A stretch of DNA of 64,000 bases, taken from Vairimorpha necatrix (Eukaryota). This document shows, one piece after another, positions 39,005 through 51,626 of this stretch; the stretch's first letter is position 1; each line of letters opens with the position of its first letter. The DNA lies in the NCBI GenBank assembly GCA_036630325.1, contig CP142729.1, forward strand, positions 496,001-560,000, written 5' to 3'. Below the pieces are notes generated by a model. That model worked only from the letters and a program-made list of their open reading frames with translations. It made no database searches and was not told the origin of the DNA. A program made the translations under genes and the position numbers.

Positions 39005-39266
39005 AATTTGTAGCACAGCTCGTCCCAGTATCGCTAATGGGATTTAGCTCTTTATAGACAATAGTTTCTGTGCACTTGTTTTCGTATTTCAACTTCAAAA
39101 TGTTAGCTATGATGTACTTAAACTACACCACTTCTTCACAACCGCCATATTTGATTGTGCGCTTACAGCTCTAGCCACTTCTTCCTGTCCTGCATCCTAT
39201 TTATTTTATCCTCGTCATCGTTCCCAAGAGATGGACTTGGGGGTCTTCTTTAGCACAATAAACTAG
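39005..39266 (-). mobile_element. Tc1/mariner transposase remnant, copy 1
   Basis: KRTIKYGGCEEVV (compare Tc1 TVKHGGGSVMVW) and ELNPI..YWDEL (compare DLNPIENLW); nucleotide similarity to 40687..40941. Confidence 0.7.
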
Positions 39267-40002
39267 AAGTTTTCTGAAAAATAACAAACTTTATATGTTA
39301 TTTTACAATGTTTGATGTAAACTGTTTTTTCTTTAACAGTCTGCGAAGAATTTTTACTAAAAATTTGTTTATTAGATAAACATAACCTTCTAAGCAAGAT
39401 TTTCTATTATGTTTATGGGGTTAAAAATGTGATATTATACCTTCGAAAACATAATCAGAATAAAGGAAAGAATATCTAGATTATGCTGCTCTCTGCTTTC
39501 AGGGAAATCTGAGGACCACTGGAGAGCTGTCAGTTGACTTTGAAATTCAACCAATAAATTCTCAGATGAAAATGCCTTTTTATACTCAAAAATATTATAG
39601 TTATTTTGTGCGTTTTTATTTTTCAATTACAATGTTTATTCTTTTAATTTTTTTAGAAATGAAAATCATATATAATAAATCCCAAAACATAGACAAAATT
39701 AATTTGCGTTAAAATTTCCAAGTTGATTCAGTAGTGATTTTAAATCATTTTATGAGAAAATATCTTACAACAATTATGTTATTTCAATCGGCATATTGAA
39801 CATACCGAAGCTTACATCCAAATGAGATCAATAAAGAAGGCTAAAGAGTATCCCATTTGAACATGGTAGAGATTCTCCGAAACAAATCTGTAACTAAGAA
39901 CATAGTAGAGGTAGATAAAGATGGTGTGTACAGATAAAGTGCGTGGTAATGGGGTTAAACGGAAAAAATAAACCAAACAATAGCTTCGATAAAAAATTCA
40001 TG

Positions 40003-40015
40003 TATATTTATATAC

Positions 40016-40062
<47 letters not shown>
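40003..40062. repeat. (TA)n microsatellite
   Basis: Long TA dinucleotide run with a few interruptions at its start. Confidence 0.95.
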
Positions 40063-40067
<5 letters not shown>

Positions 40068-40392
40068 TAAAAGTTGATAGAGGATATTCACTTTTATATA
40101 GGAGATCCAAAATATTTCTGACATTTTTATGTTTGACAAGAAGGGGGAATAAATTTTAAAAGTTAAAGTTGTATAACCAATTAGGAGCGATACTAAGGTC
40201 GAGAATAAAAAACTAAGAAAAGTTACCTTTTTGCAAATAAAATGGGACCATCACACTAATCTCGCACAAGAATAGTTCCTGTGGTATTAATTACCACATT
40301 ATTTGTTTTTATTTATTTTTCCCTCCGGATGATTTTTCTAGAAAATATTTTGCTACAAATATTTTCTTTTTACTTTACCCCAATTTTTAAAG

Positions 40393-40941
40393 ATGAGAAG
40401 AACTGGAAACAAAGACAGATATAGTGACATCGGGAAGGCCTCTCATACCTTACCCCCTAACATGAGGAACCAGACTAGCCCACGGGGGAAATACAATAAA
40501 CACAATTTAAATAAAAATATACTTAATAACATTGCAGAAGGAGCATCATCGAATACTACTTACAAACAGGCCTCCTTTCTGGTGTTAACACTACAGTTCC
40601 TTTGTAATGTATATGACAGGTGGTGACAGAGTATCACAGAAAGTACATCAAATCTGAAAATATAATTCTAGCTACAAACATAGCCATAGTCTATTGTGTT
40701 ATGAAAATCTAAAGTTCATCTCTTTAGAAAGACAACGAGTATAAGATCAAAGGATGCAGGAGAGGAAGAAGTGTCTGGAGCTGTAAGCGCACTATTAAAA
40801 ATAGTGACTTTTACAGAAGTAATGTATTTGGATGAGAATGAAGCTGAAAACTTGGAGTTGAAAACTAAAACAATTTCATTTTATTTATATTTTTGGAGAT
40901 CTGAATCCCATGAGCAATACGGGGACAAGCTGTACTACAAA
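40393..40941 (+). mobile_element. Tc1/mariner transposase remnant, copy 2
   Basis: AGGATGCAGGAnAGGAAGAAGTGnCTnGAGCTGTAAGCGCAC shared with copy 1; DLNP..EQY.DKL motif; upstream GRP fragment reminiscent of the Tc1 DNA-binding region. 5' boundary uncertain. Confidence 0.65.
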
Positions 40942-43329
40942 TATATGGATTAAGCAAAAATTAACTCAATAAAACATCTGTTTTGATATGTAAGTTATAA
41001 TCATTGTTATTTGGAAATTTTACTAAAATTTAACTAACATTTAATAGACTTAGATATCTTTAAAATCTCTTTTTTCACAAATAGTACAAACGACGTACTT
41101 TAGCGTATATTGTCAGATTATTATGGATCGTATATAACAATCGTCGTGTATTTGGCTTATTTCGAGTTTTTTGGGAAATTTAATAGTTCCTAATTTGATA
41201 AATATAAAAAATTTATACACATGGGTTTCTAATTTCTATATCTACTTCTTTTTTGCTCTTTGTTTTTACGCTTGGCATTATAATTACTTTGACATGTTTT
41301 TTTTGTTATACTATAGTAAATCTAATCAGATCTAAATGTAGACTATAATTTTAGTACTTATATTAGGTACAACCTTTAGGCAGAAAAATAAACATTGTAT
41401 TTGGAATATTTATACTATTTAGGTGTAAAAGCTATACATTTAGCTGTCTTTGTTTTTTTTTCTTTAAATACTTGCCTCATAATCTTCTCTATTTTAGAAG
41501 TGGGAATTTTGAAGTTTTTTTATTTTATATATTTATTTTTTTTAATACAATAACAAAATCAAAAATATTTATTTAATTGACAAAAAATAGTTTTTAATCA
41601 CAAGTAAACTGATAATATACTAATATACTTGCATTATTTTCTTAATGCCAGATAAAGAATTCTGTATGGAACATAGAACTAGGTGTCTAAAGGTACATTT
41701 AAAAATTGCAGCAACTGCATAGATGGCCACGTGGTTATAAAAAAAACAATAAGTTAATTTAACTTTATATAAATTATATTTATTGAACTAATAGTAAATT
41801 TTTTTGTCTCTTGTAAAACCCGAAAACATATTTTACATACCTTAATGTTTCTAAGGCGAATAATGCAACGTCCATTTCTGATCATTTTAAACATATGTAA
41901 TTTACAAAAATATGATTTTTACATATATTTTAAATATCCATTTTCAATTTAAATTAAAATCTTGTATTTGATATTGAATAAACTATTTGTATGAGTTTAA
42001 GTATAAAAAACATCTAATGGAAAGAATGTTCATAATGAGTTCTCGTTCGTCCAATGATATTGATAATTTTATGCCAAAATTACTAGAATGCTTTAATTTG
42101 TAGTCATGTTGCAAAAATATAACATTTTGTTACAATTTATAAAAAGTTTAGTAGAATATCACAGAAAACCGCTCTGATTATAAAGTTAAATTTAATTAGC
42201 TTAAATTTTTAAAAAGATACAATTTTGTAATAATATAATTGTTTCATTTTTTGATTTAATTGCAATCAGCTTGTGAGAGACATCCTCCAAAATTTTGTAA
42301 ATTTACTATAAATTTTAATCTCAAACACTAGATGCATAAATTAACTATCAGCAACAATGTTTACGCTTGATATAGTTTCCATGAAGCAACTTTTGTAGAG
42401 TTGAATCCAGCAGCCCACAGAATCCTGAAAGATAGCGTCAACGAAATTTCAAATCTATCAAGTATGCTCTTTTTTTGCACCTCAAGTAAAATATCTGAAT
42501 TGGTTCTTATTTTCATATTATATAGTGTGACGCACATAAAGTAACTCCTGATTCTTATTTATCCCATCTCTAGAGTAATAGATAAGTTAATCATCCTAAT
42601 TTTTTTGTCTCGAGACACTACTACAGTATACTATTTTATTTAAAGGTTACTTGTAATTCTTTTTGAATGCATGTAACAGTTGTTTGAAATGAAACAAAAT
42701 GGTTCTGACTTATGAACTAGATTCCCTTTGGATCAGCAGAATAATTTCGATTGTTCGATACAAGATTCGCTTCTTTAAATATAATACTATTTAATATTAT
42801 TGTATTAAGGAAATTAATTACGAATGAAATTTTTGGGAGAGTTAAGATATTAATCTTTATAATGATACAAGAAACTACGCACATAGAGAGTTATCGTTCT
42901 TTGAAATTTATTTAAAGCAAAGTAATTTATGTATATTAAATTCCTCAGTATCGCGAGGCGCCACTTTTTATATATCTTTTTATGTTAATAGAAATTTAAA
43001 TAATCGAAAATTGGGCTCTTCTTTGCTCTATAACCAAATATATAAAATTGAGAACTTTCTCACATTAATTTCCTATTTTTCCATTCAAATTTTCGTAACT
43101 GAAACGTATACTTAAAACTAAACTATTGGCACATAAAGAAAAAATAACCTGAGTTTTTTTATCAAATCAAGCTGTTTTTTCTAAATTTATACATATAGAA
43201 AACTTTAGCCGTATATTAATAGAAAAATCCGCAAAAAAACTAAAAATACAACGTAGAACTTCAACCTTAACATAAATTACTCACGTAAATTCATATTTAT
43301 GTTTATACTTGATATCTAATCAAGATTGA

Positions 43330-43854
43330 TCATTCATATATATAAAAGAATTTTATTTAATTTTTTACCCCTCTTTTTTGTGACTTTGAAATTTCTAAAC
43401 GATATGTTTTGAGCTTATTGTTTTAAAATAATAACAAATATAGATTTAATGTTTCAATTTGATAATTGTAGGTGCGTATACGACATGTTAATACTTTTAC
43501 ATTTTTATTATTATTTTTGTTAAACTCAGTTCCAAAATATCGTCAGAATCGTTTTTTAGAATTTATTTTACCCTTCCGCGAAAAATTGTAAAAACATTTA
43601 ACCAATGATGATTTTAAAAATAAAGGTCAAAAATTGAGCTTAGAAGTTCCCAAAAATATTTCAATATGACTCATAAATGTTTCTAACTTAACTTTACTCC
43701 TTATATGTTACTAAAAAGTATTTTTGAACACGATGTCTTTATCCAATCAAATTCAATCATCCCAAAATGGAAACTTACCAAATTCACCGAGGAGCGACAT
43801 ATTATAAAACAAAACATTCAAATCCCGTTTTCAAAACGGGAAACCATACGCTAG
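43330..43854 (+). mobile_element. Non-autonomous Helitron (525 bp)
   Basis: 5' TC, subterminal palindrome TCCCGTTTT-C-AAAACGGGA, 3' CTAG; inserted between A (43329) and T (43855) without TSD. Confidence 0.9.
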
Positions 43855-44451
43855 TTTTGAATAAATAAACATTTGCAATGAATAAAAGTAAAAAATTTTC
43901 ACGAATTACTCTTAATTTTAATACTATAAAGAAATGCAGACTTTATAACAATTTCTAAAAACTTTACTATAACAAAAATTGTACTAATGAATAATTTAAC
44001 ATTTACGATGATAAAGACATCGCAAGACGTTGAGTTAAAACATTTAAAGCGTGATTAGAATGATATTAAAATAAACAAGATGATAAGTAATCCTAATGAT
44101 GAACGAGATGAATATTTAGGTTTTAACCAGAGACATGACTGCAGATCAATTTACAATATACTCTTGCTTTATTATCTAAGGTAAGTATCTATTTCCAGAC
44201 ATCTGTTCACTTTTCATAAATTTTTTCCTTAATAGTTGTATTTGTAAAAATCAGATTTTAAATATGATATTTTCATATCAATAAGTACTATTCATTAATC
44301 AAAAGTGATGTTTTATAAATTAATGTTTAGATTCCAGATAATTTTAATCAATTAAATTTTAATTCTAAAATGACAATTGTCTAGCAACAAAAAATACTGA
44401 TTATGTTAGGTTTATAACGCTAAATAATTATCTTACATTTTTTACCCTTTA

Positions 44452-45417
44452 ATGTTATATTACACATTTTTTGTAATTTGTTGCGAAATTAAAAATCATA
44501 CCAACGGAGGGGACCAAGTGATGGGCACATCATTGACAAACAAGCAGGATGTCTCAAAATTTATTAGAAGCTCAAGTTATTGTAATCTTCCATTTAAGAA
44601 GAGAAAATTTAATTTATTTGCATACGACACCCCAAATTCGCCAATGATCCAAGGAGAAAAAGTAGATAATCAGTTGATAGAATATTTTCCCATATGTAAA
44701 AACTATACAAATAAAGAATCGACCTTAAAAAAGAATAATGTCAAGACCAAAAATAAATCCGCAAAGTGTAACATCAAAGTAAAACATTCTATCGCGGAAA
44801 AATATACAGATTTTAAATTATTGACAAAAAAATTAAAAGATCAGGTTTTAATATGGGATTTGGAGGATGAAAAAATAATGATCAAACGAAGTGACACCTA
44901 CTATTTTAATTGTTCAAAGAAGCTTAAAAGGTTTAGATTGGGTAAAAACATGATATATAGAAAATTTTGGCTCTTTAATATAGCTTTAAATTCGCAATTT
45001 AATAAAATAGAATCATACATATCAAATAATTTCAAAGATGTAGACTCCGATGATCCTTTGTGGGATAGCTTATTTTTTTTTACATATAGTTTTGAATATA
45101 TAAAACGATTATTGCCAAAAAACCTTTGTTATAAATTTGATAGTCACAAGATTTTACATATTTACGATGTTTTACCTAAAAGATTAGAAATTTTAAAGAA
45201 TGAATATTTTTTAGTTAAAAATTTTAGAATATTTAGAATATTTGTGCAAAAAAAATATATCCAGAACCTAGCCCTCAATGAAGTCAAAGAAACGACTAAT
45301 GTATTTAACAATTTTTTAAAAAAACTGTATTTTTTTCTCCGTAAATTGGATACAATAAAAAAATATAGTAAAATCGTCATTGAAAATTTAAAAGAAATTA
45401 TGGCGGAAAATAAATAA
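44452..45417 (+). CDS. Orphan basic protein (321 aa), short hydrophobic leader and NLS-like PFKKRK
   Basis: ACCCTTTTA before the ATG; long ORF; AATAAA overlapping the stop. Confidence 0.85.
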   Translation: MLYYTFFVICCEIKNHTNGGDQVMGTSLTNKQDVSKFIRSSSYCNLPFKKRKFNLFAYDTPNSPMIQGEKVDNQLIEYFPICKNYTNKESTLKKNNVKTKNKSAKCNIKVKHSIAEKYTDFKLLTKKLKDQVLIWDLEDEKIMIKRSDTYYFNCSKKLKRFRLGKNMIYRKFWLFNIALNSQFNKIESYISNNFKDVDSDDPLWDSLFFFTYSFEYIKRLLPKNLCYKFDSHKILHIYDVLPKRLEILKNEYFLVKNFRIFRIFVQKKYIQNLALNEVKETTNVFNNFLKKLYFFLRKLDTIKKYSKIVIENLKEIMAENK

Positions 45418-47382
45418 ATATTCTTATATTGCAATAAAGGGGATTTTAAATAGCTCCAATATGTTCTACGCGGCCTTATTAGTTTTAAAAACCATTATTT
45501 TAACAAAAAGATCACAGATAAAAAATTTTGATGTCTATATTATATGGGAAAAAAACTACATAAAATTTTAAAAGCGTAGTCTTGTATTAAATTTTTGTTG
45601 TATTACATCTTTAGAGTGTAAAAAAAATTAGTCAAAAAATCAAAGAGTTTACTAATTTAAATTTTTTTATATATAACATTTTTAGAAGAAAAAGGATAGG
45701 AATATTCTAAAACTCTAGAATTAAATCCGTATTCATCATATGATATTTATATTCTAATATTTAAAATCAATACTCAAAAAAAAAATTGTAGGCATTTTAG
45801 TGAAATAAAAAATAAGATAAATAATAACAGGATCGATGAATTCTTATATCTTAGTCGTACAATAATTTTTTAAAAAAATTATCTTCTAAAATCTTCAAAA
45901 TGTGTAATCAAAAAATAGAAATGAAGTTTGGGAATAGCCAAATTAATAAAAACAAACAAAGATGAATCATGGTCTTTTATTATATTTCGAAGTAAAATCT
46001 TAACGAACTGCAGTTTACAATCTTAACTAATTATAATCAAATTATCAAAAGAAATAAGCAATTTTGTACTTGTACTTTATATATTTATACATATGATACA
46101 AATATTAAAGCCTAATTGTGTATACACTTTTTTTAGACGATGCCAATTCCTCTAAAAAGTACAACTGAGGTAGATTTTTCTTATAAATCTCAAATATTTC
46201 AATTAATTGTTGTATAAATAGCTAGTACTTAACATATCCTCGAGCGACTACTTAACAAGTATTTTATATTATTTTTTCATAATAAAAATCAATTTACTAT
46301 GAATGTATTGTTACACTTAAAAATTCCTTGCGTGGAATATCATATATGTGTATTTAACACTAAAAAAAATTGCAATGGTTTTATATAGAATAATACCTTT
46401 AAAGGCAATTATTTTTTAAAATATGCACAAATACCCAATAAAATCACATTTAGACGTTGAAGATACAAGAAAAATTTCTTTTTTTATATTTATATTACTA
46501 TAATACATCGTATTATATCCTAAATTTATATTAAAAGGCGATTTTGAAAGGTAATATTTTATTTATTATTCGGAGTATAGATATTTACCTGCAAAATCAT
46601 GCCTATGTACAAAACTGAAGACATTTTTCATCGTAAAACTTGGGTTAGAAAAAAGTCGATTTAAATCCTTTATGATTTTAATGTATATTTCAATATTTTA
46701 CAACTCTTTAAAAACACAAATATACTACAAAATTTATAAAACGTGTTTTGAATGAAAAATATTTGATTATGGAAATTTTTAATATTATCATATACAACGT
46801 GTATACTTCAATTAAATTTATTACTACAGCATTAAATAGAAAATATTTTGGAGAATCTACTTTTTTGTATCTGTAAAAAGATACAAATCGACCTTTAGAC
46901 TTTACGGGCAATATTTTCACATTGTATAAATGATACGATTGGAAGCAAAAGAAAAACAAAAAATTTATATTTATTACTAGCAAACAAATTTAGAAAGTCG
47001 AATCAGTAAGCCTATGAAATAATATTTGGCCGAAATCAAATTTAATATAGCATGTAAGATAGCTGTAAATGTTTTTTGAAGTCAAATTTTAAAGTAATAA
47101 TAAGCAATACTCATAAGGTATTAGAAAAAAAACATAAGTTTTGGTAGTAGTTTCAAGTTTTTATGTTGTATGTTAAGCATAAACTGTCGATTTAATTATA
47201 TTCGACAACTAATCCATAATAATTTTTTGCTGTAACAATGTTTTCCTTATCAAATTTTTAAGTCCTAGATTTAATTATTTTAGTCAAAATGTAAATTTCT
47301 CTTTTTTTGATATTTTTGCATTTTTATATAAATAAAATAGACATTTTATATATTAATATAAAGTCGACCCAATTTAATATTT

Positions 47383-47880
47383 TTATTTATTTTTAGCTGT
47401 GTCATCCCATGTTTTATTGTATTTCTTTTTATACGAATATCGATGATAGTTAATTTCTCGTTGAATTGCATCTTTTAGAACAAAAACCTCTTTTTTATAA
47501 TCCTTTATAGTATCATCTATTTTTTGCTTAAATAACTTCTGTTCATCTATTGTATTATATAAACTGTCGTGTTCTTTGTCATTAAAGGACCTAAGTATAA
47601 TTAAGCAAGCATTTGTAAATATTTTATACATTTCTTTTAATTTTTGACTAATTTCATTGTATCTTTCTTTATATAATTTTTTGTATTCGCTTTCTATGTC
47701 TTCAATGTTAGGAATTATAAAATACCTAATACAGACGATGGATTTATTATGTATTACATCGCAAAAATTTAGTAAATTTTCTTCCCGATTCTCTTTCTTA
47801 TCAGTAAAAATAGAATTAAACATCTTCTTTAGATAATCAGCTTTGATTACAATCAGAGATAAACTTATAAAAATCAACAT
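47383..47880 (-). CDS. Orphan small protein (165 aa), signal-peptide-like leader, helical or coiled-coil character
   Basis: ACCCTTTTTA before the ATG; MLIFISLSLIVIKA leader; AATAAA at the stop. Confidence 0.8.
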   Translation of the reverse strand: MLIFISLSLIVIKADYLKKMFNSIFTDKKENREENLLNFCDVIHNKSIVCIRYFIIPNIEDIESEYKKLYKERYNEISQKLKEMYKIFTNACLIILRSFNDKEHDSLYNTIDEQKLFKQKIDDTIKDYKKEVFVLKDAIQREINYHRYSYKKKYNKTWDDTAKNK

Positions 47881-50069
47881 TAAAAAGGGTATAAATTAAT
47901 TTTTTTATGAATTCTTCATTTAGCTTATGTGTATAAATATTTTAATTATCAATAACATTATTTAAATAAGGTATTTACAATTTCCAATACTTAGCAATTT
48001 TTTCTCCAAAATCTTATTTAAAGGTTTTTTGGTTGGCTTAAAGTGACATTAAATCTAATATCATAAGAATTTAACTCATTAATAGTTAATTTAAAGAAAT
48101 TATATTTTTTCGTTGAGCATCAGCTTAAATATTTTAAATAATTATTCTATTATTAATTTATAAATATAGTAAAAACAAACTGAATGTGTTCTTTTACTTA
48201 ATTGTTTTGACAAATTATGTCATTAACATTTTTTTCTACATTTTTAGTGAAATGAAAATTTGACATCAAATATGCGAAAATGGCGCAAAGTTGACTCACC
48301 ACAATAAACTATATCTCTATATAACAAATGGTAAATAATTGTTAAATTTGTATTTAAAACTATATATAAATTGGTTTCTTTGTTTTTTTAAATTATACGT
48401 TTAAAAGTTCCAAATAATTGTAAATTAATGCTTTTTACATTTTTTATCTTCTTACAAAAATTATATCTTAGTCTTATTATATTGATTTATAATTTCTTCC
48501 ATTACTTTTTATTTATTAACTACAATAAAATAAATGAAGTTTTTAGTTATTTTTGATTCATAATCCTATACTCCTTATATTATTATTATTATTATAAAGT
48601 ATGTATTTTGTCGAAAAAAAATGTATGTGTTTAGTTTAATGCGATATAATTTCAATGTTCTACATAACAAATGCTTATAATTTAAACCATAACTAAAAAA
48701 TACGAGAATCTTAAGATGATATTTAATTACAACAATGCAGCAAAAAAATAACATAAATTTGAATTATTTGCAAAATAACCAAGATTTTGTACCTAATCTT
48801 TAATGATTTATGTTAATTCTATATCATTAAAAAAATGCAGGAATTATCATAAAAATATTTGTTTTTGTATGGATACAAATGGGTAGAAACTAGAATTTTA
48901 AATCATAAATCAACTAAAAAAAATTAAAAAAAGTGTCTGAATGTTTTTTACTTTAAACGAAAAAGGTGATTGTATTTATGCCCCTACTTGATGTAGTAAG
49001 TTGTATGAAATTATTCAACTTTTAGAGTAAAATAAATTTTCTGCAAATATTGTTTACCGTATTGGTTTAGTTATAACTCAAATTTATCATTTTTGTTCAA
49101 ATTCTATAATCATTTGTTACAAATAAATTTTAAATATGCTAAATTTTCATTAGTTTGTATGAGTTTTCAAATTCTTAGAACAATATACAAAAGTACAAAA
49201 GCAAAAACTATTTTTAAACATTCATTCATATGTTCCAGATATAGCCCTTATCCAACATAATTATGAAAGAACCAACTTTAGCTATTTTTTATATAAAATA
49301 TGCTTCTCTGGCTTTTATTCAAAAAAAAAAATAACTGATTCAATAATGCAATATAATTCGTATTTCTAACAAATTTTATTTTTCAATTGATATAATACAT
49401 GATAATTAATTGGTTGAGTTAATTGTTTGCTTTATAGTTTTTTTTTGTGTATTAAATTATCGTAGTCAAGTATTAGTTTTTAATAGTAAAGCCATATTTT
49501 TACTCCTGTATTTTTGATAGTAATAATTTAATCTAAATCACTCATATATTACTAGAAAATAATGACTCTTAAATACCAGTTCATTCTAATAGGCATTTTG
49601 CTTAAATCTTGTAATTTTTATTATACTTTTTGGTTTTTACCTCTTTTTAAATACATAGTAAAAATAATGAAACATAAAAACTTAGGTTACTTAGAAGAAA
49701 TAGGAAATAAAAAATTAGTTTTAAGTTTCTGTACGTAATTTTACAGAATGTTTATATTTAATTGCCGTCAGTTGTTTTCAGATGTGTTACGGTAAAACTT
49801 TATAATGTTTTTGTAATAATAATAATGATTCAAAGTTTCATGATCAAACATGTGTTCTTTCAAATACTTTTCATATACACCACAGAAGTACTCTTATAGG
49901 CCGTTAATGTTTTTTTTTAATGTTTGATTTCTTTTAGACACGGGGTGATAATACTTTTCGAAAATAATTATGTTCACAATTCTTAATTCATAATACCAAG
50001 ATCTCCTTATAGGAAATATTTTTTTAAAGAATGAGGTCTGACTCTGTCTTTGATTTATTTTATAGTAAA

Positions 50070-51626
50070 CTAGCGTATGCTTTCCCGTTTTGAAAACGGG
50101 ATCTAAAAGTTTAGTTTGATAATATGTCTTTCATCCTCAAATTTTGTAAAGTTTCCATTTTGGATGATTACATTTGACAGAGTTTAGACATGATTTTCAA
50201 GAATACTTTTTAGTAACATATAAGGAGTAGTGTTGCTTTAAAACATTTAATAATCTCAATAGATAATTTTGAAAACTTCTTAAGCTCAGTTTTTGACACT
50301 TACATTAATTTCTTCTTCGTTATTTGTTTTTAAAATTTTTCCTGGAAGGGTTAAATAAATTCTAACAAACGATTCTGACAATATTTTGGAACTGAGTTTA
50401 ACAAAAATAATAATCAAAATTAAAATGTATTAACACATAGTATACATACTTACAATAATCATATCGAAACATTAGATATAAATTTGATATTTTTAATGCA
50501 CAATAAAGGGAAAATAAATAGTTTAAAAATTTCAAAGTCACAAAAAAGAGGGGTAAAAAATTAAATAAAATTCTTTTATATATATGATGACTAGCGTATG
50601 CTTTCCCGTTTTGAAAACGGGATTTATTTATTTTGTTGTGGCATTTACTTCCTCCTTTGTTTTTTTTGATCTTCCATTTTTATTTTGAATAAGAAAAGGA
50701 AAAAGCATAATTTTTAAAAATACTTTTTAGTAACATATAAGGAGTAAAGTTGAGCTAAAACATTTAATAATTATAATGAGATAATTTTGGAAACTTCTTA
50801 GCTCATTTTTGACACTTATATTCAAAATCTTCATTTGTCACTTGTTTTTACAATTTTTCGTAGAAGGGTTAAATAAATTCTAAAAAACGATTCTGACAAT
50901 ATTTTGAAATCGAGTTTCACAAAAATAATAATCAAAATTAAAATGTATTAACACATAGTATACATACTTACAATAATCATATCGAAACATTAGATATAAA
51001 TTTGATATTTTTAATGCACAATAAAGGGAAAATAAATAGTTTAAAAATTTCAAAGTCACAAAAAAGAGGGGTAAAAAATTAAATAAAATTCTTTTATATA
51101 TATGATGACTAGCGTATGCTTTCCCGTTTTGAAAACGGGATTTATTTATTTTGTTGTGGCATTTACTTCCTCCTTTGTTTTTTTTGATCTTCCATTTTTA
51201 TTTTGAATAAGAAAAGGAAAAAGCATAATTTTTAAAAATACTTTTTAGTAACATATAAGGAGTAAAGTTGAGCTAAAACATTTAATAATTATAATGAGAT
51301 AATTTTGGAAACTTCTTAGCTCATTTTTGACACTTATATTCAAAATCTTCATTTGTCACTTGTTTTTACAATTTTTCGTAGAAGGGTTAAATAAATTCTA
51401 AAAAACGATTCTGACAATATTTTGAAATCGAGTTTCACAAAAATAATAATCAAAATTAAAATGTATTAACACAAAGTATACACACTTACAATAATCATAT
51501 CGAAACATTAGATATAAATTTGATATTTTTAATACACAAATAGGGTAAAATAAGAAGTTTAGATTTTACAAAATTACAAAAAAGAGGGGTAAAAAATTAA
51601 ATAAAAGTTTTTTATATATATGATGA
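50070..51626 (-). mobile_element. Head-to-tail array of three non-autonomous Helitrons (50070-50590, 50591-51108, 51109-51626)
   Basis: On the minus strand each unit runs TCATCATATATATAAAA...TCCCGTTTTCAAAACGGGAAAGCATACGCTAG. CTAG|TC junctions have no spacer, and the array is flanked by A and T. Confidence 0.92.

Noticed and set aside
50070-51626. CRISPR-like or plain satellite interpretation of the tandem repeat
   Set aside because: Units are ~520 bp with Helitron termini, dispersed single copies exist, and there are no unique spacers or cas genes.
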